Assembly (NCBI GenBank): GCA_017535665.1
Contig: JAFXTS010000021.1
Span: 4,796 to 68,795 of the forward strand
Direction of reading: 5' to 3'
Length of the DNA stretch: 64,000 nt
Source of the DNA: Bacteroidales bacterium
Lineage (GTDB): Bacteria > Bacteroidota > Bacteroidia > Bacteroidales > WCHB1-69
Under the pieces are notes generated by a model. It did no database searches, had not been told where the DNA came from, and worked only from the letters and a program-made list of their open reading frames with translations. A program made the translations under genes and the position numbers. Positions 34,809 to 45,001 of the stretch are shown here, piece after piece. Every line of letters begins with the position of its first letter. Positions within the stretch are counted from its first letter, which is position 1.

Positions 34809-35471
34809 ATGAAAAAATTATTGTTTCTGTGCATAGCATCTTGCCTGCTGTTTTCCCTTTATGGCCATAGCCACCCAACTTACGGAAACGATGAGGTAAA
34901 GAGTGTAATCTCCTCCCAAAAAGAGGGCGGCCCTGTTTTCAAAGCCTTCATGAGGCTGTTTGACCAGACGGAAGAGAACATAAAAAACTGCAAAACCTGC
35001 GATGAATTAGACGCAGTTTTTGAAAAATTCCTCGACGACTTGGCAAAAATCAGTGATCAGTATAACGATGACGATCTTACGGAAGCAGAGGAAGAAGTTT
35101 TAGAACAACAATTGCAAGAAATAGAAAAACTGGTTGACATTCAAGTGGAGAAATTGTGCGGAGACAGCATGAATGATGGGTACGAAAAAAAGGGAGACAA
35201 AAACTCTGAAAACGTCGGGGAAAGCAGCCCCGCCTTTTTGGAGATCATGGATTTTATCGATGACCTCGAAAAACAGCTCAACAAATGCACTACTTGCGAA
35301 AGGCTGACCATTGTAGCCAACCGATTCTCGGAGGATTTCAAAGAAATTCAAAAGAAGTATGGATCCGATGCCAATCTGAAAGAATGGGAGGAAGATCGGT
35401 TGGATGAACGTTTCGATGACATCGATGAACTATTTGAGAGAAAATACACCCAACTGTGTGGTGACGATTGA
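34809..35471 (+). CDS. Secreted or lipid-anchored acidic protein with an internal duplication (unknown function)
   Basis: The start was moved to MKKLLFLCIASCLLF, because the track ORF start at 34569 would run through tRNA-Pro. Two approx. 60-aa repeats each have the form C.TC..L......F..D...I...Y.....L.E.EE..L......I..L......LCGD. A -7 box TATATTTG lies at 34763-34770. Confidence 0.6.
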   Translation: MKKLLFLCIASCLLFSLYGHSHPTYGNDEVKSVISSQKEGGPVFKAFMRLFDQTEENIKNCKTCDELDAVFEKFLDDLAKISDQYNDDDLTEAEEEVLEQQLQEIEKLVDIQVEKLCGDSMNDGYEKKGDKNSENVGESSPAFLEIMDFIDDLEKQLNKCTTCERLTIVANRFSEDFKEIQKKYGSDANLKEWEEDRLDERFDDIDELFERKYTQLCGDD

Positions 35472-35530
35472 GAGGGGGTGCCCCATCCCACAACAAAAAA
35501 AGGACCACTTTCGTGATCCTTTTGAAGGAG

Positions 35531-35603
35531 TGGCACTGACTGGAGTTGAACCAGTGACACACGGATTTTCAGTCCGCTGCTCTACCAACTGAGCTACAGC
35601 GCC
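35531..35603 (-). tRNA. tRNA-Phe (anticodon GAA)
   Basis: The reverse complement is GGCGCTGTAGCTCAGTTGGTAGAGCAGCGGACTGAAAATCCGTGTGTCACTGGTTCAACTCCAGTCAGTGCCA. It forms a full cloverleaf with anticodon loop CTGAAAA. Confidence 0.9.
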
Positions 35604-35621
35604 TCTCTGAATTTGAGGCTG

Positions 35622-35629
35622 CAAAAATA
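35622..35629 (-). promoter_or_regulatory. -7 box (TATTTTTG) for tRNA-Phe
   Basis: The reverse complement of caaaaata lies 19 nt upstream of the tRNA 5' end. Confidence 0.5.
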
Positions 35630-35818
35630 CAACTTTTTTCAACACGCACAACACATTTTTCAAAAAAAATTTTTTCTTTACTTTTATAATAAATTAAGGA
35701 TAAAATAAGTTGTAGAAATGGCAAATTAATGTACTTTTGCATGAGTGGAAAATAGTCTCAATTTTTATTATAAATAATTAAAAATCAACAATTTATTAAT
35801 AATTAATCTACAAAAAGT

Positions 35819-38653
35819 ATGAGAAGAATTTTGTTTTTTGTTGCCATTATTGTCATCGGGTTTGGATTCATGCCCAGCGGTAATGCGCAGAAGTTAGATG
35901 CCAAAATCGGCAACGACCCGAACGTAAGAATCGGAAAATTGGACAACGGAATGACATATTACATCCGTCACAATGCAAAACCAGAGGGACGTGTGGAGTT
36001 CCGTTTGGCGGTGAACGCCGGTTCGTGCCAGGAGGATGAGGACCAGCGTGGTTTGGCTCACTTCACCGAGCACATGGCCTTCAACGGTATCGAAGGTTAT
36101 CCGCACAACGACATGATCGACCAGTTGCAGAAGATTGGTGTCACCTTCGGAGTGGGTATCAACGCCTACACTTCGTTTGATGAGACCGTTTTCATGATCA
36201 CCATGCCGACCGACAACCAGAAGCACATCGACTTCGGTATCAATATATTGTATGGTTGGGCACACGGCCTGCTCTACGACCCGAAGGAGATTGACGACGA
36301 GCGCGGTGTAATTTCCGAGGAGTGGCGTATGGGCAACGGTGCCAGCGACCGTATGCAGAAGAAATGGTTCCCAGTGGTGTTCACCAACTCGCTGTACGCT
36401 CAGCGTCTGCCCATCGGTCTGATTGAAATCATCCAGGGCTTCAAGCCGGAGGTCATCCGTCGTTTTTACAACGACTGGTATCGTCCGGATTTGCAGGCTG
36501 TGATTGTGGTCGGCGACATCGATGTGGACAAAATCGAGCAGCAGATTAAGGACAAGTTCTCCCCCATCCCGGCCAAAGAGAATGCCCGTCCGAAGGTTTA
36601 TCCCAAGATTGAAGACAACAAGGAGCCTCTGGCATGTGTTTGCACCGACAAAGAGGCTGGTGGCAACCAGGTGATGATGATCCGCAAGTTCAAACATCAG
36701 CCCATGACCACCGTCCAGGACTACCGCGACCACATGATCGAGGAGTTGTACAACTCAATGTTTGAATCGCGTTTGGAAGAACTTCAGCAGAATCCCAGCT
36801 GTCCCGCTGTGGGTAGCTCGGTGGGATACGGCCACTTTATTGGCGAAATGGATGCCTACACCCTGGTGGGTATGGCCAAAGAGAACCGCATCAAAGAGAC
36901 TGCTGAGATGTTGCTTCGCGAGGACTACCGCGTGCTGAAATATGGTTTCTTGGAGACCGAGTTGCAGCGTGCCAAAGAGGCTTTGATGGAGCGTTACGAG
37001 CGTGCCGTGAAGGAGGTTGACAAGACCGAGTCGGCCCGTTTCGCTGGCGAGTATGTGGACAACTATCTGCATCAGGAGCCCATCCCGGGTGCCAAGCGCG
37101 AACTCGCATACGCCAAGAAATACCTCGACGGCATCACTTTGGAAGAGGTGAACGCCCTGGCCAAGAAATGGATTGTGGACGAGAACTTTGTGGCCGTGGT
37201 GATGGCTCCCGAAAAAGAGGGTGTGAAAGTGCCCACGGAAGCCGAGATGATCGCCATCATCAAAGACAAATCTCTTGCCAATGTGGAACCCTACGTGGAC
37301 AACTACAAAGAGCAGGAAATCATTGAGAAAGAAACCCTTAAGAAAGGCAGCATCGTAAGCCAGAGAGAACTTCCCGAGGTGGGTGCTACCGAGTACACCC
37401 TCTCCAACGGCATCAAGGTGGTGGCCAAACATACCGATTTCAAGAACGATGAAATCCTGTTCAGCGCCACGAGCCAAGGCGGATACAGCATGTACTACGA
37501 GTGCGACATCCCCTCCCTCGCCCTCGCCTCCGAAATGGTGGACCGCGGCGGTATCAACGAGATGGACTACTCCTCCTTGCAGAAGAAATTGAAAGGCAAG
37601 AAAATCGGTCTCAGCCCCAACATTTCCGTGATCAGCGAAGGTCTCAGCGGCAGCACCAGTCCGAAAGACCTCGACCTTTTCTGCCAGTATATCAACGCTT
37701 TCTTTACGCATCCGCGTGAGGACACAGCCGCCTATACGCTTGTGATGGATGAGACGCGCGAGCAGATCAAGATGATCCAGTCGCAGCCCATGTACAAGTT
37801 CATCGGTGAGTTCATCGGTAGCATCTACAACGATCCTTACATGATCAACATGATGACTTACGATGAGGAGTTCCTCAACAAGGTGGATTACGACCGCGCT
37901 ATGTATCTTTACAAAGAGCGTTTCGCCAACCCCGCCGACTTCACCTTCTTCTTCACCGGTGCTTTCGACCAGAAAGAGTTGGAGAACATGATGGAGACCT
38001 ACATCGCCTCCATGCCCACCACCAGCGACAGAGAGAAATTCCGTCCGGAGGTGTTCAGCAAACACGAGAAGAAGCAAGTGAGCAAGGAGATTTACTTTGG
38101 TGAAGAGGATGCCGCCAGCTGGGTAGGTATGGCCTTCATCAACGACTTGGAGTGGAACGAGCCGAACGAGCTGATGACCGAGGTGATCAACGAGGCTCTT
38201 TCCATCGAACTTTTGGAAACCATCCGCGAGAAGATGGGCGGTGTGTACAGTCCTATGGTACAGATGGCTGCCCAAAAGTATCCCACTTCCCAGATGATGT
38301 GTATGGTGCTGTTCAGCTGCGATTCGAAGAACACCGACAAGCTGTCGGACGCCGTCATCAAAATCCTCCAGAACTTCATCAAGAAGGGACCGAAGAAGAC
38401 CACTCTCGACAAAGTGAAAGAGCAGATGTTGCGCAATGCCGAAGAGGAACAGCAGACCAACCGTTACTGGCATTCCTACATCGCCACGCAGTATCTCTAC
38501 AACGATGATTTGAACGAGATGAACACCGTGAAGGAGAACTTGAGCAAGATCACGGTGAAGGATATTGCAGCCTTCATGCAGAAAAACTTCGATATTCAGA
38601 ACTATCTGAAGGTCTATATGTATCCTGAAGCCTTCAAAAACAAGACCAAATAG
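35819..38653 (+). CDS. M16-family zinc peptidase (insulinase/pitrilysin-like, two-lobed)
   Basis: 944 aa. Signal peptide present. Inverted zinc motif HFTEHMAFNG (HxxEH) with a downstream EE.R region. Confidence 0.9.
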   Translation: MRRILFFVAIIVIGFGFMPSGNAQKLDAKIGNDPNVRIGKLDNGMTYYIRHNAKPEGRVEFRLAVNAGSCQEDEDQRGLAHFTEHMAFNGIEGYPHNDMIDQLQKIGVTFGVGINAYTSFDETVFMITMPTDNQKHIDFGINILYGWAHGLLYDPKEIDDERGVISEEWRMGNGASDRMQKKWFPVVFTNSLYAQRLPIGLIEIIQGFKPEVIRRFYNDWYRPDLQAVIVVGDIDVDKIEQQIKDKFSPIPAKENARPKVYPKIEDNKEPLACVCTDKEAGGNQVMMIRKFKHQPMTTVQDYRDHMIEELYNSMFESRLEELQQNPSCPAVGSSVGYGHFIGEMDAYTLVGMAKENRIKETAEMLLREDYRVLKYGFLETELQRAKEALMERYERAVKEVDKTESARFAGEYVDNYLHQEPIPGAKRELAYAKKYLDGITLEEVNALAKKWIVDENFVAVVMAPEKEGVKVPTEAEMIAIIKDKSLANVEPYVDNYKEQEIIEKETLKKGSIVSQRELPEVGATEYTLSNGIKVVAKHTDFKNDEILFSATSQGGYSMYYECDIPSLALASEMVDRGGINEMDYSSLQKKLKGKKIGLSPNISVISEGLSGSTSPKDLDLFCQYINAFFTHPREDTAAYTLVMDETREQIKMIQSQPMYKFIGEFIGSIYNDPYMINMMTYDEEFLNKVDYDRAMYLYKERFANPADFTFFFTGAFDQKELENMMETYIASMPTTSDREKFRPEVFSKHEKKQVSKEIYFGEEDAASWVGMAFINDLEWNEPNELMTEVINEALSIELLETIREKMGGVYSPMVQMAAQKYPTSQMMCMVLFSCDSKNTDKLSDAVIKILQNFIKKGPKKTTLDKVKEQMLRNAEEEQQTNRYWHSYIATQYLYNDDLNEMNTVKENLSKITVKDIAAFMQKNFDIQNYLKVYMYPEAFKNKTK

Positions 38654-38757
38654 ACGAAATAATCATTCGTAAAATCGTCATTTATAGCAAATTGTAATGT
38701 TTTGAGGATGTAGAAAAAATTTTTTCAAAAAAGATGCGCAACAAAACAAAAAAGTTG

Positions 38758-38765
38758 TATTTTTG
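38758..38765 (+). promoter_or_regulatory. -7 box (TATTTTTG) for tRNA-Asn
   Basis: It lies 19 nt upstream of the tRNA 5' end. Confidence 0.5.
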
Positions 38766-38783
38766 CATCCTCAAAACACCACT

Positions 38784-38857
38784 GCTTCCTTAGCTCAGTT
38801 GGTTAGAGCATCTGACTGTTAATCAGAGGGTCCAAGGTTCAAGTCCTTGAGGGAGCG
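38784..38857 (+). tRNA. tRNA-Asn (anticodon GTT)
   Basis: Acceptor GCTTCCT/AGGGAGC, anticodon stem TCTGA/TCAGA with loop CTGTTAA, and T-loop TTCAAGT. 74 nt. Confidence 0.9.
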
Positions 38858-38867
38858 CAAAGAAATC

Positions 38868-38904
38868 AAGCACTTACAAAGAAATTTGTGAGTGCTTTTT
38901 TTTA
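38868..38904 (+). terminator. Intrinsic terminator after tRNA-Asn
   Basis: aagcacttacaaa gaaa tttgtgagtgctt followed by ttttttt. Confidence 0.7.
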
Positions 38905-39029
38905 TGGACTAACAAATGGACTAACATTTTTGCTGGGTGCTTTGTGCTTCTTGCCTTTGTTTTTCCAGATCCCCGTGCAAAGCCTTTTCGCGCCCATCCA
39001 CGATGCTTGCTGCAGGGTCATGTCAATTA

Positions 39030-39140
39030 GTCGCGTGTCTCCGACACGCTTTTTATCGCAAGTGGCCGCCGTCCCCCAGACTGCACTCCACTGCGTTTCG
39101 TTTGTCAGGGGTTACTGAGATGGTGTGTCTTCGACACACG
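39030..39140 (+). repeat. Approx. 105-nt multi-hairpin repeat element, copy C
   Basis: gtcgcgtgtctccgacacgc ... cccccagactgcactccactgcgtttcgtttgtcaggggttactgagatgg ... gtgtgtcttcgacacacg. It aligns with the reverse complement of 6009-6114 and with 6133-6233. Confidence 0.6.
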
Positions 39141-39146
39141 AGCTAC

Positions 39147-40073
39147 TTATTTCGTTGTGCTGTCGCGCCAGCCCCAGAAGTCGAAGAAGTTGAACCACTG
39201 TTCGGGGTGCTTGCGGAGCACATTCTCGAGGGTGTGCGCGTACTGTTCGGCGATGAACTTGGCGCGTGTGCGCAGGTTCATGCTGTCATCGGGCTGGGGC
39301 AGGATATTGACATAGCCCAGATAGAGCGCACGCCGTTTCTTGGCCGCCGACAGCTGCACCACGGGCACCTGCATCTGGGCTGCCAGCAGGAAACTGCCCA
39401 ACGGCAATTTCGCCGGACGGCCGAAAAAGTCAACTTCCAGCGTTTTGGAGCTGCCAAAGATGCGGTCGCAAATCAGCACCACCACCTCCCCGCGGTCCAA
39501 CGCCGTCTTGATCTGGAAGATGTGGTCCAAATTGTCGGAGACGGGAATGTCGTTGATGTTGTGCTTGCTGAACGACTGGCTTCGTTTCGCACTCAAATCC
39601 TTGCCCTCACCGCCGAAAATCACCACGTTGAGGGGCTTGCTGTTTTGATTGAAAAAGTGGCCTATCAGTTCGAGGTTGCCGACGTGCGAGCCGGCCACGA
39701 TGAACCCGCCGGGCTGCTCCAGCAGCTGCTCGAACACCTCTCTGTTCTCCACCTCCACACGGAACTGACTGCCATTGCCCGACAAAATCGCAAAACGATC
39801 CAACACCGCCTTGCCAAAGACAAAGTGGTTGTGGATGGCCATCCAAAAGGACTTCCACCGCGAAAAGCCATGAATATTCCGGAAATACCAAACAATATTG
39901 CCGAAGGCTTCGTGGTTGACCATGCAATAAAACGGTACCACCGGATAGAGAACGGGGTACAGCCATTTCACTTTTACCTTCTTCAAAAAAGCAAAAAGAA
40001 AACGCTGTCCGAAGTTCCCTCCTCCCGTCTTACCGCTCCACTGGCGATCGTTCTGCGAGGAATCCTCAGCCAT
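39147..40073 (-). CDS. Lysophospholipid / lipid A-type late acyltransferase (LpxL/HtrB family)
   Basis: 308 aa. The N-terminal membrane anchor region and the SHVGNLEL block (HX4D/E-type acyltransferase motif) fit the family. It is start/stop coupled to an upstream acyl carrier protein gene. Confidence 0.7.
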   Translation of the reverse strand: MAEDSSQNDRQWSGKTGGGNFGQRFLFAFLKKVKVKWLYPVLYPVVPFYCMVNHEAFGNIVWYFRNIHGFSRWKSFWMAIHNHFVFGKAVLDRFAILSGNGSQFRVEVENREVFEQLLEQPGGFIVAGSHVGNLELIGHFFNQNSKPLNVVIFGGEGKDLSAKRSQSFSKHNINDIPVSDNLDHIFQIKTALDRGEVVVLICDRIFGSSKTLEVDFFGRPAKLPLGSFLLAAQMQVPVVQLSAAKKRRALYLGYVNILPQPDDSMNLRTRAKFIAEQYAHTLENVLRKHPEQWFNFFDFWGWRDSTTK

Positions 40074-40315
40074 TACTGCAACTTGCTTTCTACATAATCA
40101 TAGAACTGCACCAGCGTCTTCACATCCTTCATCTCCTCGGGCTTGATCTTGATTTTGAAATGACGCTCCACGATGACAGAAATATCTACAAAGTCCAGAC
40201 TGTCAATCTTCAGGTCTTCTTTCAACAAAGCCTCATCTTTCAGCAAGGCTGCATCAATTTCTAATTCTTCGGTTAAAAATTCATTGACTACGCGAATAAT
40301 TTCTTCTCTGTTCAT
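40073..40315 (-). CDS. Acyl carrier protein
   Basis: The start was moved to MNREEIIRVVNEF, giving 80 aa. The phosphopantetheine attachment motif is LKIDSLDFVDI. The longer track ORF would overlap the upstream gene. Confidence 0.8.
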   Translation of the reverse strand: MNREEIIRVVNEFLTEELEIDAALLKDEALLKEDLKIDSLDFVDISVIVERHFKIKIKPEEMKDVKTLVQFYDYVESKLQ

Positions 40316-40320
40316 ATTGA

Positions 40321-42411
40321 TTATTTTAAATTTGTGATGACTATTTTTTGTGAACACCCTCCATTATTGATAATATAGGTACCCGATGATGGAAGGGAAA
40401 TGACCCATTGGGAGGCAGAATCATGCCGTGCTATCACCCTTCCAGAAATATCATAAATCACAGTCTCGTATGGACCTAAACTGTCGATAAACAACTCGCC
40501 GTTGGCCACCCTAACGCTGATCGGAATCTGGTTGATGGTGGGATTCTCAATCCCCAGCGGATTGGTGGGAGAGGTGCCTGCGTTGAACGACACATTCTTG
40601 ATTTCCCAGGTGGGACAGTTGTTGTCGGTGGGCACATCATAGAGGAAAGCTAAGGTAACGGCGGGCTGTCCGAGGTAGCTGGAAGGAATAGAGATAATGT
40701 TGGTCTGCCAGTTCCAGTTGCTGGAGGGCCAATTGACGATGGGGAGCTGCGCCCATGTAGCATCATTCAAATCTCCATGATAATCTTTGGAAATCAACAA
40801 CTTGCAGGCAGATGGCCACGCAGATGGCGTACCATAACCTAACGTATGTACGAAGGTGAGGGTGGCCGACTGCATGTGGGTAAGGTCGAAGGTGGGACTC
40901 ATCAGCCAGTCGGTGTTGGCTCCCGCATTATAGGCACTCATATAGGCACACTGGTAGTTGGAATAGCCGAACCAGTAGCTGTCGCCCACCACATTTACCG
41001 GTTCAAAACAGCCCATCGACTGGGCGAAACTCTCGAAGTAATGCAGGGTGTCGCAGCACTCTGTCGGCTCCGAATCCAGCGTGAGACCGATAATGATAGG
41101 ATCGTGGTCGGAGTAGCGGTACATGGTGGTATCTTCACTATAGTTGTAATGCAGCTGATAGGGTTCATCGGCGTTGAGATGGTAGGGGGACACGCCTGTA
41201 ATCTGTGCAACCATACTGGGCGATGCCAAAACATGGTCAAGGTACTCCACCTCATCATTGAAAGTGTAGCTATAACCCTCTGGTGAAAAAATGCTCACCA
41301 CATTTTCATAACCATAATCTTCTATCAGGCGCACTGGCTCTTCCATAGTGCCGCAGTTCAGGTCACCCAGTATCAGAATATCAGCATCACCATAATAGTT
41401 GTTCTGCAATTCGGCAGACAAGAAGTCAAGGAGATACTGTGCCTCGGTGACGCGGGTTTCATTATAGAAATTGTTGGTGCTGTCGCCGCCTGATTTTGAT
41501 TTGAAGTGGTTGACACACACCACAAAACGCTCGCCCGTCGCCACCTCCTCGAAGCATTGCACTAGTTCGCGCTTGTAGTCGCCTGCCTGCATCAAGTAGC
41601 TCGATGCCCCCGGGTGGTACGGATGCCCCAAATGCAGCACAGGCCGCAGCTTGTCGGTGCGGTAAATCAGGCCCACCTTAATGTAGGTGCTGGTCACGCT
41701 GTCGAAATCCTCCACAGCGGCATAGCGTCCCGGGACGGTACGAGCGTTCAGTCCCTCTACAAGCCGGTCGAGTGCTTCGCGTCCCTGCTGCAGCTCCTCC
41801 AGAGCATAGAGGTCTGCGCCGATATTGGCCAGCGCCTTCACCGTTTTCAGGTGCTGCCGTTCAAACTCCTCGTCGCTGCCTGCCCCGTAGGTGCCGTCCC
41901 ATTCAGGGCAATAGTATTCGAGGTTGCTTTCGCAGACGATAATTCGCGCGTTGCCCACGTCGGGACGCTGTGTGGGGCGCTCGTTGTTGCTGAAGTTTTG
42001 CGGTCCGTCGATGCGGATGTTGCGATCTCCTGTACTCAGCACCACAGCCTGCAGCTGCTCTATAGTAGCTCCCAACCGTATCGTGCTGACATCCAAGTTG
42101 TAGCAGCGGGCACTGATAACGGCTGTAGTGTGGCTTGCGGCTATCGAGTCGTATGCTGCCGTGCCCTGCACAGCACACTCTTCCGGCTGGCGCAAACGCT
42201 CGTAGGAAAGATACAGGTAGGAGTAACTATCGGTATAGTAGCGGCCTACCACATGAAGGGTTTGGTCGAACACGACGGTTTGTCCCGCGTAGGGCTGCAG
42301 CGACTGGCCGTTAAACACCACGTGGGTAGGTTGTCCCCAGCAGGTGATGGAGAGCAGAAAGATGAACCATAAAAGCGTGTATTTTCTCTTCATCTTTCTA
42401 TTCTTTTGCAA
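40321..42411 (-). CDS. Secreted endonuclease/exonuclease/phosphatase-family nuclease (ExeM/NucH-like) with a choice-of-anchor-J-like domain and a T9SS sorting domain
   Basis: 696 aa. Signal peptide present. EEP motifs are IIVCESNLEYY, LEELQ, ILGDLNC and SDHDPII. The C-terminal GTYIINNGGCSQKIVITNLK is CTD-like. Confidence 0.75.
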   Translation of the reverse strand: MQKNRKMKRKYTLLWFIFLLSITCWGQPTHVVFNGQSLQPYAGQTVVFDQTLHVVGRYYTDSYSYLYLSYERLRQPEECAVQGTAAYDSIAASHTTAVISARCYNLDVSTIRLGATIEQLQAVVLSTGDRNIRIDGPQNFSNNERPTQRPDVGNARIIVCESNLEYYCPEWDGTYGAGSDEEFERQHLKTVKALANIGADLYALEELQQGREALDRLVEGLNARTVPGRYAAVEDFDSVTSTYIKVGLIYRTDKLRPVLHLGHPYHPGASSYLMQAGDYKRELVQCFEEVATGERFVVCVNHFKSKSGGDSTNNFYNETRVTEAQYLLDFLSAELQNNYYGDADILILGDLNCGTMEEPVRLIEDYGYENVVSIFSPEGYSYTFNDEVEYLDHVLASPSMVAQITGVSPYHLNADEPYQLHYNYSEDTTMYRYSDHDPIIIGLTLDSEPTECCDTLHYFESFAQSMGCFEPVNVVGDSYWFGYSNYQCAYMSAYNAGANTDWLMSPTFDLTHMQSATLTFVHTLGYGTPSAWPSACKLLISKDYHGDLNDATWAQLPIVNWPSSNWNWQTNIISIPSSYLGQPAVTLAFLYDVPTDNNCPTWEIKNVSFNAGTSPTNPLGIENPTINQIPISVRVANGELFIDSLGPYETVIYDISGRVIARHDSASQWVISLPSSGTYIINNGGCSQKIVITNLK

Positions 42412-42435
42412 ATATAATTTTGAGTGAATGTGCTT

Positions 42436-44979
42436 CTATTCCTCTTCTTCCTGTTCCTTCTCTTCCAGCATCATCTCCGACTTTTTCACCACCAGTCCTT
42501 CCGAAAGGTCATCGTAGTCCACGATGAGGGTAGCGGCTTCGAGGCCTTCGTTTTGCAGAATCTCTTCGGCGAGGATATCCTCCACATGTTTCTGGATGGC
42601 GCGTTTCAGCGGACGAGCACCATAGTTGGAGTCCCATCCTTCCTTGACGAGGAAGTCGGTGGCTTTGTCGGTGATGGTGACGTTGAGTCCCATCATGCCG
42701 ACACGCTGGAGCAACTTGTTAAGTTCCAGTTTGATAATTTTCTTCACATCCTCTTCTTGCAAACTATTGAAGAAGATGATATCGTCGATGCGGTTGAGAA
42801 ATTCGGGCGGGAACTGGGCTTTGAGGGCGCCTTCAAGAATTTTCTGAGCTTTCTTGTCCTTGCCGGCCTGTGTGGCGGAAGTGCTGAAGCCGAGGTTCTG
42901 TCCGAAGTCCTTGAGTTCGCGCGACCCCACGTTGGAGGTCATGATGATGATGGTGTTTTTGAAATCGACCTTACGGCCCATGCCGTCGGTCAGCATACCA
43001 TCATCAAATACTTGTAACATAATGTTATACACATCCCGATGGGCCTTCTCTACCTCATCCAGCAGGACGATGGAATAGGGTTTGCGGCGGATCTTCTCGG
43101 TGAGTTGTCCGCCCTCTTCGTAGCCCACGTAGCCGGGAGGCGCACCGATGAGGCGCGAGATGGTATGTTTCTCCATATACTCGCTCATGTCGATACGGAC
43201 CATCGCGTCGGGCGAGTCGAAAAGATAGGAGGCCAGCACTTTGGCGAGATAGGTCTTGCCGACGCCGGTGGGACCGAGGAAGATGAACGTGCCAATGGGT
43301 TTGTTAGGATCTTTGAGGCCGGCGCGGTTGCGGCGGATAGCCTTGGCAATCTTCACGATGGCATCGTCCTGTCCGATGACACTGCCTTGCAGTTCGTCGG
43401 CCATGCGGAGCAGTTTTTCGCTCTCGCTCTTGGCGATGCGCTGCACCGGCACGCCGGTCATCATGGCCACCACCTCCGCTACATTCTCTTCGCTCACCTC
43501 GTAGCGCAGCTCTTCGGTTTCCGACTCCCAGTTTTTGCGCATAGCCTTCAGCTCTTCCTGCAACTCCTTGATCTGGTCGCGGAACTGGCCTGCTTCGATG
43601 TAACGTTTTTCCTTCTTGGCCTGCTCTTTCTGTGCCTCCAAGTCGGCAATTTTCTTCTCGGTGTCAAGGAAGACGGGCGGCACATGCACGTTCATGATAT
43701 GCACGCGGGCGCCGGCCTCGTCGAGCGCGTCAATGGCCTTGTCGGGCAGGCAGCGGTCGGTGACGTAGCGGGTGGTGAGCTGCACGCAGGCCTTGATGGC
43801 CTCGTCGGTGTAGTTCACGCCGTGGTGCTCCTCATATTTCCCTTTGATGTTGTTGAGAATTTCGATGGTCTCTTCTGGCGTGGTAGGTTCGAGCAGAATC
43901 TTTTGGAAGCGGCGTTCCAATGCGCCGTCCTTCTCAATATACTGGCGGTACTCATCGAGTGTGGTGGCACCGATGCACTGCACCTCTCCTCTGGCGAGGG
44001 CGGGCTTGAACATGTTGGAGGCATCGAGGCTTCCCGGTGCGCCGCCAGCGCCCACCATTGTATGCAACTCATCGATAAACAGGATGATGTCGGGATTTTT
44101 CTCCAGCTCGGTGATGATGGTCTGCATACGCTCCTCGAACTGTCCGCGGTACTTGGTACCGGCCACCAGCGAGGTCATGTCGAGGGCGATGATGCGCTTG
44201 TTGAGCAGCGTGCGCGACACGCGTCCCTCGTTGATGCGGATGGCAAGGCCTTCGGCAAGTGCCGACTTGCCCACGCCCGGTTCCCCGATGAGCACGGGGT
44301 TGTTCTTTTTGCGGCGGCTGAGAATCTGGGCGATACGCTCCAGCTCCTTCTCGCGTCCCACAATCGGGTCGAGTTTGCCCTCGCGGGCGTACTGGGTCAG
44401 GTCCTTGCCGAAGTTGTCGAGCAGCGGCGTGCCCTTCCCTTTGTCTCTCCGCTGGGTGTAGCGGCTGTCCTCATCATCGTCCTCTCCGTCTGGAGTGGAG
44501 AATCGCGAACCGCCACGCAGCTTGCTGCCGAGACCATCATCCTTGCGCAGCTTGGCCAGGAAGGCGTTGTAGGTGATGCCGTAGTTGTTGAGGATGCTCC
44601 TGACAACATTGGCGGCCGGGCCAGACTTGAGGATGGCCAAGATGAAGAACTGCGGCTCCATCAGGGGGGAGAGCAGCGAGCGGGTATGCAGCTCTGCCGA
44701 GCGCAACAGGTTTTGTGTCTGCGTGTTGTAGGTCAGCGTTTCCGGACTCTGTCCGTCGCTTTCTCCTTCATTTTCCACAAACATGCTCTCCAAATCGAAA
44801 CACACCTTCTCGATGTTGAAGCCGAAGTCGGCGAGCAGCTGTTTGCTCAGCGTGTCGTCGGGGTACTTCAGGATAGCGTAAAAGATGTGTTCGCAGCCGA
44901 TGTGGCTAAATTGGTACTGGCGGGCGACCTGTGCGGCGCTCTCCAGTACCTTTGTCATTTCTTCGGAATAATTGGCCAT
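42436..44979 (-). CDS. clpC: ClpC-type AAA+ chaperone / Clp protease ATP-binding subunit
   Basis: 847 aa with Clp_N repeats. The two AAA modules are GEPGVGKSA...IILFIDELH and GPTGVGKTYLAK...VLLDEVEKAH. The short UVR-like linker (EKKIADLEAQKEQAKKEKRYIEAGQFRDQIKEL) points to ClpC rather than the long ClpB M-domain. Confidence 0.85.
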   Translation of the reverse strand: MANYSEEMTKVLESAAQVARQYQFSHIGCEHIFYAILKYPDDTLSKQLLADFGFNIEKVCFDLESMFVENEGESDGQSPETLTYNTQTQNLLRSAELHTRSLLSPLMEPQFFILAILKSGPAANVVRSILNNYGITYNAFLAKLRKDDGLGSKLRGGSRFSTPDGEDDDEDSRYTQRRDKGKGTPLLDNFGKDLTQYAREGKLDPIVGREKELERIAQILSRRKKNNPVLIGEPGVGKSALAEGLAIRINEGRVSRTLLNKRIIALDMTSLVAGTKYRGQFEERMQTIITELEKNPDIILFIDELHTMVGAGGAPGSLDASNMFKPALARGEVQCIGATTLDEYRQYIEKDGALERRFQKILLEPTTPEETIEILNNIKGKYEEHHGVNYTDEAIKACVQLTTRYVTDRCLPDKAIDALDEAGARVHIMNVHVPPVFLDTEKKIADLEAQKEQAKKEKRYIEAGQFRDQIKELQEELKAMRKNWESETEELRYEVSEENVAEVVAMMTGVPVQRIAKSESEKLLRMADELQGSVIGQDDAIVKIAKAIRRNRAGLKDPNKPIGTFIFLGPTGVGKTYLAKVLASYLFDSPDAMVRIDMSEYMEKHTISRLIGAPPGYVGYEEGGQLTEKIRRKPYSIVLLDEVEKAHRDVYNIMLQVFDDGMLTDGMGRKVDFKNTIIIMTSNVGSRELKDFGQNLGFSTSATQAGKDKKAQKILEGALKAQFPPEFLNRIDDIIFFNSLQEEDVKKIIKLELNKLLQRVGMMGLNVTITDKATDFLVKEGWDSNYGARPLKRAIQKHVEDILAEEILQNEGLEAATLIVDYDDLSEGLVVKKSEMMLEEKEQEEEE

Positions 44980-45001
44980 AGATTAGGACGTGGCTGTAGT
45001 G

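Noticed and set aside
36755-38473. 572-aa minus-strand ORF.
   Set aside because: It is antisense to the M16 peptidase gene and has no recognisable motifs.
38937-40097. 386-aa + strand ORF.
   Set aside because: Its 5' part runs through the multi-hairpin repeat (39030-39140). The rest is antisense to the acyltransferase gene, which is start/stop coupled to an ACP gene.
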